From Gemmatimonadaceae bacterium (GTDB taxonomy: Bacteria > Gemmatimonadota > Gemmatimonadetes > Gemmatimonadales > Gemmatimonadaceae), in the NCBI GenBank assembly GCA_044224875.1, contig JBGAJQ010000035.1, positions 1-53,114 of the forward strand: DNA of 53,114 nucleotides, given 5' to 3'. Position numbers and translations under genes: made by a program. A model generated the notes under the pieces. It was not told the DNA's origin. It ran no database searches and was given only the letters and a program-made list of their open reading frames with translations. Each line of letters begins with the position of its first letter. Position 1 is the stretch's first letter. Of the stretch, positions 10,343 to 18,498 are shown piece by piece.

Positions 10343-10371
10343 ACGTGACAACGGGATATGCGTTGTCACGT
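10343..10371. promoter_or_regulatory. Perfect 11-bp inverted repeat (hairpin or operator) between the cytochrome c and LTA-synthase genes
   Basis: ACGTGACAACG-ggatatg-CGTTGTCACGT, immediately before the ATG at 10341. Confidence 0.55.
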
Positions 10372-10424
10372 GTTTGCGCAAGGACCGGGACCTCCGGAGC
10401 GCCGCCGCGGGGCGGCACGCGAAA

Positions 10425-10913
10425 TCAGTGGCCCGATCGCTCCACGGTAGCGCCCGCGAAATTCTCCGTCGTGACGTCCTTTCCGACGCCTAACGATTCT
10501 ATGTAGGCCACCAGTTGCCGAACATGGGCGGCAGGGATCCGCGGTCCCCACGCCGGCATTCCCTCGGGCCTGCCGTCGGTGATCGAACGGGCGATCTCGG
10601 CCGACGTGCCGCCAAACCTCCACCGGTTGTCTTGCAGCGAAGGTCCCATGGCACCGGAACCGCCCGCGCCATGGCAATCACCGCAGTTGTAGGCGACGAA
10701 GAGTTTGGCGCCAGCCTCGACGTCGGGCGATGAGGGTTGAGTGGAGGGGCGATCGGGAGCGACTACGTCAGGTGCGGGGGATCGGACCGTGGCTGCGCCT
10801 TCCGAGAACGCGTTGTGCGACTCGGCTCGGGGCCCTCGCCAACTCGCTGTTCCCGTCATGCCGGCAGTGGCGACGACGGTGGCGACAACTACCAACCGAT
10901 GCTGGACCGTCAT
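10425..10913 (-). CDS. Monoheme cytochrome c, likely electron acceptor of the adjacent PQQ dehydrogenase
   Basis: Signal-like N-terminus, GAKLFVAYNCGDCHG (CxxCH), GPSL, GMPAW distal Met. Start 10913 or 10958. Confidence 0.88.
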   Translation of the reverse strand: MTVQHRLVVVATVVATAGMTGTASWRGPRAESHNAFSEGAATVRSPAPDVVAPDRPSTQPSSPDVEAGAKLFVAYNCGDCHGAGGSGAMGPSLQDNRWRFGGTSAEIARSITDGRPEGMPAWGPRIPAAHVRQLVAYIESLGVGKDVTTENFAGATVERSGH

Positions 10914-11007
10914 GCGATGAATGCGAAGTGGGAGGGCGTTCCGAACGGACAACCCCATTTGCCTTGTCCCGGAACGATCGAGCATCCGGGGCCACGTGAC
11001 CACTGTA

Positions 11008-12834
11008 TCATAACGAGAATACGAACAGCATACCGCCCCAGCTCGTGTACTTGGCGAGTTCTGGCAGCGTGGTACCACGCTCGCGGACGTCGTGCGGGAG
11101 GTTGGAAGCCACGTCCCCAGCAATGAGGGCGCCCATGTCGCCGCCGATACCCGCGTAGATGGCGACGTACTGCTTCCCATCCGGTCCGCGATACGCGATC
11201 GGGTTACCCACGACACCCGAGCCGACGCGAAACGTCCACAGGACTTCACCCGTTGTTGCATCTGCCGCCTTGAACCAGCCGTCGAGCGTGCCGTAGAACA
11301 CGACGTTTCCCGCGGTGACCAGAGCACCGCCCCATACCGGGAAGGGCTCCTTGATGCCCCAGATCTTCCGTCCGGTGCCAGCGTCCCACGCGATAAACTC
11401 ACCCTTGTAGTCACCGGGTCCAGCCTTCTCCGGTGCATCGGCACCGATGTAGGGTGTGCCTGGGAAGTAGGCGACGGCCCGGCCCTTGTAATCCATGCAC
11501 AGGTTGTTCGTTGGCACGTAGAACAGCCCTGTGGCGGGAGAGAACGCGGCCGGCTGCTGGTTCTTCCCCCCTTCGAGCGATGGGCAGATGTCCTTCACCA
11601 GCACGTCTTGCTTGGTGGCCTTCTCGGGATTCACGTTCGGGCGGCCAGTCGTTAGGTCCACCCCGCTCGACCAGTTCATTGGTGCGAAGGGTTCGGCGAG
11701 CAGCACCTCGCCCGTTGCCCGGTCGATGGTATAGGCAAAGGCGTTGCGGTCGAAGTGCACGAGGACCTTCCGCACCACACCCTTTACGGGCAGGTCGGCG
11801 AGAATACTCTCGTTGACCCCGTCATAGTCCCAGAGGTCGTGCGGCGTGATCTGGTACGCCCAGCGCAGCTCGCCAGTGTCCGCGTCGCGAGCGAGTATCG
11901 CGCAGGTCCACTTGTTGTCGCCAAGGCGTTGGTCCTGGTTCCACGGCCCGGGATTGCTCGTGCCGTAGTACACCAGGTTCAACTCCGGATCGTAGCTGAC
12001 CCATCCCCACGAGGCGCCGCCACCAATCTTCCACGCGTCGCGCGGCCACGACGTGGCAGCGAGGTCCACCCCGCGATCCTGCGGATAGAATGGCTTGTAG
12101 CGCGCCGTCACCTTCACGTCGGTATCTGGGCCCACGTTGTAAGCGCGCCAGCGCTCCTTCCCTGTTCCAAGGTCGAGCGCCGCCAGGAAACCGCGAACTC
12201 CCATCTCGCCGCCGCTCGATCCCACCATCACCATGTCTTTCACGATGATGGGCGCCATGGTGATGGTCTCACCAATGGCCACATCCACGACCTTGGTTCG
12301 CCATACTTGTGCGCCCGTTGCGGCGTCGACGGCAACGGTGTGACCGTCGAGCAAGTTGTAAACCAGTTTGCCCTCGGCGAACGCGGCCCCGCGGTTCACC
12401 ACGTCGCAGCACGCCTTTCCGGTGGCGCGAAGGTCATTCTCCGGGCGGAACTTCCATTTAAGAGGGACCTTCGGCTGTGCGAGGTCGAGGGCGTACGCGA
12501 CATTGGGGTACGGGGTCACGAGGTACATCGTGTTATCGATGACCAAGGGCTGCCCCTCGTGGCCACGAAGCATGCCCGTGGAAAACGTCCACGCTGCGCG
12601 CAGACTCCGCACATTTCCCGAGGTGATCTCCTTCAACTCGGAAAATCGCGAGTTTGCATAGTCGTGGCCCGGCATGACCCACTGGGCTTGCCCGTTCGAT
12701 GGCATTGGCGTGCCGATGCGGGCATCCGCGACGATCGTTCGCCCTACTTCCTTCGCGCAGCCGCCCACGCTCAGGAGCAACCCTAGTACCAGGAATCGCA
12801 TTCGACTCGGGAGATGTGAAGCAGAACGTTGCAT
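11008..12834 (-). CDS. xoxF: PQQ-dependent methanol/ethanol-family dehydrogenase, lanthanide type (XoxF-like)
   Basis: STGMLRGHEGQPLV, vicinal CCDVVNRG, SGGEMGVRG, GTSNPGPWN, PHDLWDYDGVNE (DxD motif), Trp-docking propeller repeats, GGMLFVFSL C-terminus. Confidence 0.85.
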   Translation of the reverse strand: MQRSASHLPSRMRFLVLGLLLSVGGCAKEVGRTIVADARIGTPMPSNGQAQWVMPGHDYANSRFSELKEITSGNVRSLRAAWTFSTGMLRGHEGQPLVIDNTMYLVTPYPNVAYALDLAQPKVPLKWKFRPENDLRATGKACCDVVNRGAAFAEGKLVYNLLDGHTVAVDAATGAQVWRTKVVDVAIGETITMAPIIVKDMVMVGSSGGEMGVRGFLAALDLGTGKERWRAYNVGPDTDVKVTARYKPFYPQDRGVDLAATSWPRDAWKIGGGASWGWVSYDPELNLVYYGTSNPGPWNQDQRLGDNKWTCAILARDADTGELRWAYQITPHDLWDYDGVNESILADLPVKGVVRKVLVHFDRNAFAYTIDRATGEVLLAEPFAPMNWSSGVDLTTGRPNVNPEKATKQDVLVKDICPSLEGGKNQQPAAFSPATGLFYVPTNNLCMDYKGRAVAYFPGTPYIGADAPEKAGPGDYKGEFIAWDAGTGRKIWGIKEPFPVWGGALVTAGNVVFYGTLDGWFKAADATTGEVLWTFRVGSGVVGNPIAYRGPDGKQYVAIYAGIGGDMGALIAGDVASNLPHDVRERGTTLPELAKYTSWGGMLFVFSL

Positions 12835-12957
12835 GGTGCCTTTGACACTTCGCCGTGATGCCGCCAGAGATACAGCGGCCGCCGGAGGCCGGGAAGGGCC
12901 ACACGGACGTGCTGGCGACTACGCCAGTGGCCATCGCATGCTATCTTGCCCCCGCAC

Positions 12958-13863
12958 ATGACGCGCATCGGCATCGACCTCGGCGGCACCAAGATCGAAG
13001 GCATTTGCCTGGACGCATCCGGCACGGAGATCGCGCGTCGGCGCGTGCCTACGCCGCGAACGTACGAGGGGACGGTGGAGGAAATCGTCTCGCTCGTTCA
13101 CCAGCTCGAACATGAGACACGCGGGCCGGCGACGGTCGGCATCGGCATTCCCGGAGCGGTCACGCCGTCGACCGGGTTCGTGAAGAACGCCAACTCCACG
13201 TGGCTCATCGGGAAGCCGCTGCAGGCAGATCTCGAGATGCTGCTCGCGCGCCCCGTCCGCGTGATGAACGACGCGAATTGTTTCGCGATCTCCGAGGCAG
13301 CCGACGGAGCGGCGGCTGGGGCGGAGGTGGTGTTCGGCGTCATTCTCGGGACCGGAGTGGGCGGCGGGATCGTCGTTCGTGGGGAGGCGTTGGACGGGCC
13401 CAACCTGATCGCGGGCGAATGGGGGCACAATCCGATGCCGTGGATGACGGCGGAGGAACAACCGGGCGCGTCCTGTTACTGCGGCAAGTCAGGGTGTATC
13501 GAGACGTTCTTGTCGGGTCCGGGCTTCGAACGAGAGTTCGCGCACGTGACCGGGGTGCGGCAATCCAGTCGTGAGATCGTTGCGGCTGCAGAGGCTGACC
13601 GGCGGGCCGCCGACGCCCTTTCACGCTACCACGACCGGCTGGCGCGAGCCCTCGCCACGGTGGTCAATGTGCTGGACCCGCACGTTGTGGTGCTTGGGGG
13701 CGGCATGTCGAACCTGCCGGGCCTGGCGGCGTGTGTGTTGGAGCTGTTGCCACGCTACGTGTTCTCGGACGTCGTGAGTACGCGGGTCGTGCGGAACGCC
13801 CACGGCGACTCGAGTGGCGTGCGCGGAGCCGCGTGGCTGTGGCCAGTGACGACAAAAGGGTAG
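12958..13863 (+). CDS. ROK family sugar kinase (Mak/fructokinase-like)
   Basis: IGIDLGGTKIE, NDANCFA, GTGVGGG, AGEWGH, Zn motif CYCGKSGCIE, HGDSSGVRGAAWLW. Confidence 0.93.
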   Translation: MTRIGIDLGGTKIEGICLDASGTEIARRRVPTPRTYEGTVEEIVSLVHQLEHETRGPATVGIGIPGAVTPSTGFVKNANSTWLIGKPLQADLEMLLARPVRVMNDANCFAISEAADGAAAGAEVVFGVILGTGVGGGIVVRGEALDGPNLIAGEWGHNPMPWMTAEEQPGASCYCGKSGCIETFLSGPGFEREFAHVTGVRQSSREIVAAAEADRRAADALSRYHDRLARALATVVNVLDPHVVVLGGGMSNLPGLAACVLELLPRYVFSDVVSTRVVRNAHGDSSGVRGAAWLWPVTTKG

Positions 13864-13894
13864 CGATGGCCGGCCGGTGATGGACGGCCGTCGC

Positions 13895-14518
13895 TCAGTG
13901 CTCGTGTGCTCCCTGGTCTCCGCGAGCCAGCGCGAGATGATGCCGCACGTGGTGATCGCCATCGGCAAGGATGCCAGCCACACCGAGTCCTCGAATCTTC
14001 GCGGCCAGCGTACGGTCTGATTCGCGAGCGGCCACGATCGTCAGGCGCGAGCCACCAGGGATGTCGCGCAGCGTCGCCCGATACTCGCTTCCTTGCCTCA
14101 GCATCGTGGTGTGAGCGCCCAGCATGCGACGAATCGACCCCATCGTCGCCTCGTCGCCGGTCACATCGGCCTCAAAGCCACCGGGCACGTCGTGCTGATT
14201 CACGCGCGCTCGCATCGTGACCGCATCCATGTCAATGAGATGCTGACGAAGTGCCTCGATGTTGACGCGCGACCAATCGGTGGTGGAATCCGACTCGAGA
14301 ATACGAACGATCTCGGAGATCGCACCAAAGGCTGCCTGGCCTGGCAAGGTGGGCAGCTGCCCGGCGCACTGTTGCAGCTGCATGGCATGCGCTGCATGGT
14401 TCATGCTCGCGTGATCGGACGACGCACGCACCTTGGCACAATCCACAACGCCTTGGGCAAGCGCTGCTGAGGACATCAGCCAGGGGCCGGCCAGAAGCAG
14501 AATAAACGAACGGGCCAT
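13895..14518 (-). CDS. Exported His-rich hypothetical protein
   Basis: GAGGA SD, signal peptide ending ALA-Q, DHASMNHAAH, PGQAAFGAISEIV..DWSRVNIEALRQHLIDM, C-terminal HHVRHH..HEH. Confidence 0.7.
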   Translation of the reverse strand: MARSFILLLAGPWLMSSAALAQGVVDCAKVRASSDHASMNHAAHAMQLQQCAGQLPTLPGQAAFGAISEIVRILESDSTTDWSRVNIEALRQHLIDMDAVTMRARVNQHDVPGGFEADVTGDEATMGSIRRMLGAHTTMLRQGSEYRATLRDIPGGSRLTIVAARESDRTLAAKIRGLGVAGILADGDHHVRHHLALARGDQGAHEH

Positions 14519-14780
14519 ACGATCCTCGGAAGGGAAGGCGGTAGCGAGCACGGTTGTGCTCGATCGAACGCGCCGCGCTTGGCACGACACGACTCTTTCC
14601 AGTGCCGGCCCACCCAATCTATGGAAGAATCGCGGTTGGCGTAGCGACACAGGCGCGCTTGGCAGGTTGCCGGCGCAATCGGAAGGAATGGCCAAGTCGA
14701 TACCGCGCCGTGACCATCCTGCCGGGTCCTCGGTGACGTCGCGATTTGACCATACGCGCACCAACTCACCTTGAGGTGCC

Positions 14781-16025
14781 ATGATGCACGCAACTCGCCG
14801 AGTACACTCGGCCAGCGTTTCGCTCGCTGTGATTGCACTGCTCGCCGCCTGCGACAATCCAGTCCCCACCGCAACCGGTTCGACGATCATACCGCAACAG
14901 GCAAAAGCCGATCTTTCGAATGGGGCGCTCGTCCAGTTCACCCCGCTGCCGTCATCGGCGGTTTGCACGGTGGCCGGTGGCGATCCCGTAATGGACCTTC
15001 CGGACATGCAGACCTTCAACGAGACCGGTCCGCAGGCGTATCGCTACATCTTTCGCGCGCACGAGATTGGCGCGAATGGCGGCGTGTCCGTGACCGATCT
15101 GCAGACAGGATCTACCAGAGTGCTCATTCAGCGTGCCGATTGGGAACGCATGGATCCGATCACGTGGACGTCGTGGGGGACGCTGTTGTTCGGTGAAGAG
15201 GCCGGTCCCGCCGCGCTACCCGATCCGAACTATCCGACCGCGCTGAAGGGCCTGGTGTACGAGCTGAATCCGAGAACGCTAGCAGTCTCTGCCCGGCCGA
15301 TGCTCGGTTCCAAGGCACACGAGGGAACGGAGCTGGACTCTCACGGCAACGTCTACGGCATCTCCGAAGTGTCGATGGGGGCGATTTACAAGTTCGTTCC
15401 TTCCTCACCCGGTGACCTCAGCACTGGCCAGTTGTACGCGCTACAGATCACGAGCCCAGTTGGCGATCGCACGGGAACCGCGGCCTGGGTTCCATTGAAC
15501 ATGGCGCAGGCGGTCATCGATGCAGACGCTGCCGCGACTGCGGCGGGCGCAACGGCCTATGGGCGTCCGGAAGACGTCGTCATCGCGAACGAAGCCGGTT
15601 CAGAGGCGTTGTACGTTGCGGTCACGAGCGAAGCCCGCGTGCTCAAGATCACGTTAGGCGCAACTCCCGTCGTCACTGAATACCTCAAGGCCGGCGTCAA
15701 CGCCCCCGCTGATTTCTCCTCCCCGGACAATCTCGAGGTGGATGGCGCCGGTCATCTCTTCATTACCGAGGATCCGGGCGGTTCATTCTCGGGTGGCAAG
15801 ACGGCCGGAGATGACATCTGGGTCTCGCTGCCGAGCGCGGGCGGCAACGCCGCGGCAGCCAAGGTCGTTCGCTTCGCCAGCCTCACCGACTGCGACGCCG
15901 AGCCCACGGGTGTGAAGCTGGACAAGAATGACCAGAACCTGTACGTGCACGTGCAGCACCGCGGCGGCAACGGGATCGACATGGATATGAAGATTTCGCG
16001 TGCCGGCGGGTTGGTGGGTCGTTAG
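14781..16025 (+). CDS. PhoX/DUF839-like beta-propeller phosphatase, lipoprotein
   Basis: GAGG SD, LLAAC lipobox, RAHE, TSWGTLLFGEE, KAHEG, GRPED, SPDNL, ITED, AEPTG, VHVQH. Confidence 0.8.
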   Translation: MMHATRRVHSASVSLAVIALLAACDNPVPTATGSTIIPQQAKADLSNGALVQFTPLPSSAVCTVAGGDPVMDLPDMQTFNETGPQAYRYIFRAHEIGANGGVSVTDLQTGSTRVLIQRADWERMDPITWTSWGTLLFGEEAGPAALPDPNYPTALKGLVYELNPRTLAVSARPMLGSKAHEGTELDSHGNVYGISEVSMGAIYKFVPSSPGDLSTGQLYALQITSPVGDRTGTAAWVPLNMAQAVIDADAAATAAGATAYGRPEDVVIANEAGSEALYVAVTSEARVLKITLGATPVVTEYLKAGVNAPADFSSPDNLEVDGAGHLFITEDPGGSFSGGKTAGDDIWVSLPSAGGNAAAAKVVRFASLTDCDAEPTGVKLDKNDQNLYVHVQHRGGNGIDMDMKISRAGGLVGR

Positions 16026-16205
16026 GCGCCTTGAACGTCACGGATCCCTGCACGCTGAAGTCGTGCAGGGCCGGTCGTGAAGGCGTGGCAATACGAACGG
16101 TCCGATGCTGGTGCCTCTGGCACATAACCGCTGGCGGGGGGTGCGATCTCCCGCCAGTCGCTCGTATCCGGCAGTCCGTTTGCGAGATGCCTCGCCCAGG
16201 TCACC

Positions 16206-16691
16206 TTATCGTGCCAACACGTCGACGAGGCGAATAGCGACGAGCTGGTGGGCGGCGCGCGAGGCTCGCGCGTCGGTCGGCACGATGAGTCGGTACGGCC
16301 CCTCAGCCTGGTCCAGTGCGTGCCCCGCGACCTCGAACGCCAGCCAGACGCGCGAGGGGCCCAGCTTGGGATCGAGTTCCGCCGCGGTGAAGGCGGCGAC
16401 GTAGCCGTCGCTGGCCTCTCCAAGCACGACCCACGCCTGCCGACCCACGCGCATGGAGTCCGCAGGGAACCCTGCCGCGCGCAGCACGTCCGTGAGACGC
16501 ACGGCGCGGTAAGAAAGGGAATCACCGTGATGTGGCGCGAACTTCACAGACTCGCTGGAGAGTGCAGCAAGTTGATCCCGAGTGAGCGACACGGACTTGC
16601 CGGCCGGTCCCTTCACTTGCAGGGGCTGCTGAGCCACGAGGGGAGTCGAGGCGAGGATTGTGGCGACGAGAGCGAGGCGAAGACTGGACAC
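16206..16691 (-). CDS. Exported oxidoreductase molybdopterin-binding-fold protein without Cys
   Basis: YRAVRLTDVL, ASDGYVAAF..ELDP, GPYRLIVP pattern; signal peptide. GTG start inferred. Confidence 0.7.
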   Translation of the reverse strand: MSSLRLALVATILASTPLVAQQPLQVKGPAGKSVSLTRDQLAALSSESVKFAPHHGDSLSYRAVRLTDVLRAAGFPADSMRVGRQAWVVLGEASDGYVAAFTAAELDPKLGPSRVWLAFEVAGHALDQAEGPYRLIVPTDARASRAAHQLVAIRLVDVLAR

Positions 16692-16785
16692 GTGTGCGAG
16701 TCGCGAGGGAAGGGGGTGCCTAACGATGGATCGTGGGTGCTGCTGCGGTTTGTGAAATGTGGGAGGCGTTGTCGCCGGCCACCAA

Positions 16786-17592
16786 CTACAGGGAACGGAC
16801 GAAACGTGCGATTTCCTCCAATACGCGCTCGGGGTGATCCACCTGCGGCGCGTGACCGCACTCGGGGAGGACGACGGATCGTACGGGCCCGGCGGCATGA
16901 TCCTCGATGAGATCGACCTGCGCCAGCGTGCCGTAGCGATCGTCCTCGCCCTGGATTACCAGCACCGGGCACACGATCTCACCCAGCAGGTGCACAATGG
17001 ACCAGTGCCTGAACTCCGCTCGGCGCCAGACGTCGGCCCACCGGTCGAACATGCCATCCACATCGTGGTGATGGACGGACAACTTCGTGCGCAGGTCGTC
17101 GTCCTCGTAGGCACGGGCACTCTTCTCGACGCCGGCGACGGAAATGTCCTCGACGATCACATGCGGAGCGATCAGCACTAGTCCGCGCACCCGCGCGACC
17201 GAGAGTGCCGCGTTGATCACGGCAATCGTGGCGCCGTCGCTATGCCCCACCAGCACGGGCCGTTCGATCCCACGGGTTCGAAGGACGGCCGGCAAGACGT
17301 CGAGGGCTTCGTGCGTTAGGTACTCCGGGTCGTGCTCGGTGGGAAGGGGATCCGATGCACCGTGCCCCTGCCGAGAGTAGATCAGGGCGCGAGCCCCGGT
17401 TGCCGCGACCAGCTTGTCGGGAAGGTCGTCCCAGAGTCGAGTCGAGCCTAACGCGGAATGCAGGAACACCAGCGGTGGCGTCTGGCTCCGCTTGCCGGCG
17501 ATCTCCCGGTATTCGAGGAGCGCGCCCGCTGCGCGCAGGCGGGGCAGCTCCTGTACTCCCGTTGCTCGATCGGCTACGTCAGCGTGCGTCAT
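16786..17592 (-). CDS. Alpha/beta hydrolase
   Basis: VFLHSALGS, YSRQGHGAS, nucleophile GHSDG, QGEDDRYG, CGHAP. Confidence 0.9.
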   Translation of the reverse strand: MTHADVADRATGVQELPRLRAAGALLEYREIAGKRSQTPPLVFLHSALGSTRLWDDLPDKLVAATGARALIYSRQGHGASDPLPTEHDPEYLTHEALDVLPAVLRTRGIERPVLVGHSDGATIAVINAALSVARVRGLVLIAPHVIVEDISVAGVEKSARAYEDDDLRTKLSVHHHDVDGMFDRWADVWRRAEFRHWSIVHLLGEIVCPVLVIQGEDDRYGTLAQVDLIEDHAAGPVRSVVLPECGHAPQVDHPERVLEEIARFVRSL

Positions 17593-17751
17593 GACGAAAG
17601 ATGCATGTGGGAGCCACGTCGGTACCACCATCGTTTCAACGCGTTGCATTTCCTCGAGATCGACAGATGTGGACGGGCCCGACCTCGTTCGCCCGACGGC
17701 CTGCCTGAAGTCCCGTGGCTTCACAGGATCCCGGAGTCCCAACTAGGGCAC

Positions 17752-17788
17752 TTGACGGTTCGCTTAACACTGTTAAGTTAAATGTCGT
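17752..17788 (+). promoter_or_regulatory. tetR promoter with palindromic operator
   Basis: TTGACG at 17752, perfect palindrome CTTAACA-C-TGTTAAG 17763-17777 overlapping a -10-like TAAGTT, no SD before ATG 17789. Confidence 0.7.
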
Positions 17789-18454
17789 ATGGTAACCAAA
17801 GCCAAAACGGTGGCCCTGTCCCCGTCGCGCGCTCGTCGAGAGCGAGAGAAGGCCGAGACCCGTGAGCTGATTCTTCAGGCGGCGCGGAAACTGTTCACAG
17901 AGGAGGGTTACGCGCAGACGTCCATGCGTCGCATTGCCGACTCCATCGGCTATACGGCCACCACGATTTATCACCACTTCGAGGACAAGGACGCACTGCT
18001 CAACGAGCTGTGCCTCGTCGACTTTCGCGCGTTAGGCGACGCGCTGCGGAGGATGGGTGCGTTGCCGGACCCGATCGAGCGACTCCGTGCGATGGGAGCG
18101 AACTACGTGCGCTTTGCCCTCCAGCACCGCCAGCAGTTCCGCTTCATGTTCTTGGTGGAGCGTCCGCAGGTTGGGCCCGAGAGCGTTCAGATCAACCCCG
18201 GCGAAGACGGCTACCAGTTCCTGCTCGCGAACGTCACGGAAGCGCTCAAGGCCGGGCGATTTCTTCCCCAGTACGACGACGCCAACTTGCTCGCTCAGAT
18301 CTTTTGGTCCGGCGTGCACGGCATCGCCACGATTCACCTTACCACGCCAGATGGATGCGAGCATCCCTGGTGCCCGCTGCGATCGCCGGATGACACATCC
18401 GCGGCGATGTGCGACGTGTTGCTCCGCGGGCTCCTGCGGAACCCAGAGAACTGA
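17789..18454 (+). CDS. TetR/AcrR family transcriptional regulator
   Basis: ILQAARKLFTEEGYAQTSMRRIADSIGYTATTIYHHFEDKDALL HTH; WHG-type C-terminus (WSGVHG). Confidence 0.95.
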   Translation: MVTKAKTVALSPSRARREREKAETRELILQAARKLFTEEGYAQTSMRRIADSIGYTATTIYHHFEDKDALLNELCLVDFRALGDALRRMGALPDPIERLRAMGANYVRFALQHRQQFRFMFLVERPQVGPESVQINPGEDGYQFLLANVTEALKAGRFLPQYDDANLLAQIFWSGVHGIATIHLTTPDGCEHPWCPLRSPDDTSAAMCDVLLRGLLRNPEN

Positions 18455-18473
18455 CCTTTTTTTTCACCCGATG

Positions 18474-18488
18474 CTTAACACCGTTACT
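18474..18488 (+). promoter_or_regulatory. Second, imperfect copy of the TetR operator upstream of the TolC gene
   Basis: CTTAACACCGTTACT versus CTTAACACTGTTAAG. Confidence 0.62.
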
Positions 18489-18498
18489 TACGATACCG

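Noticed and set aside
10914..11444. 339-aa version of the cytochrome ORF overlapping xoxF, as frameshift fusion or xoxJ remnant
   Set aside because: The extension is out-of-frame xoxF sequence; xoxF has a normal C-terminus and stop, and no XoxJ similarity is evident
18457..18464. T8 tract as phase-variation site
   Set aside because: Short and intergenic; better explained as part of the AT-rich upstream element of the second promoter
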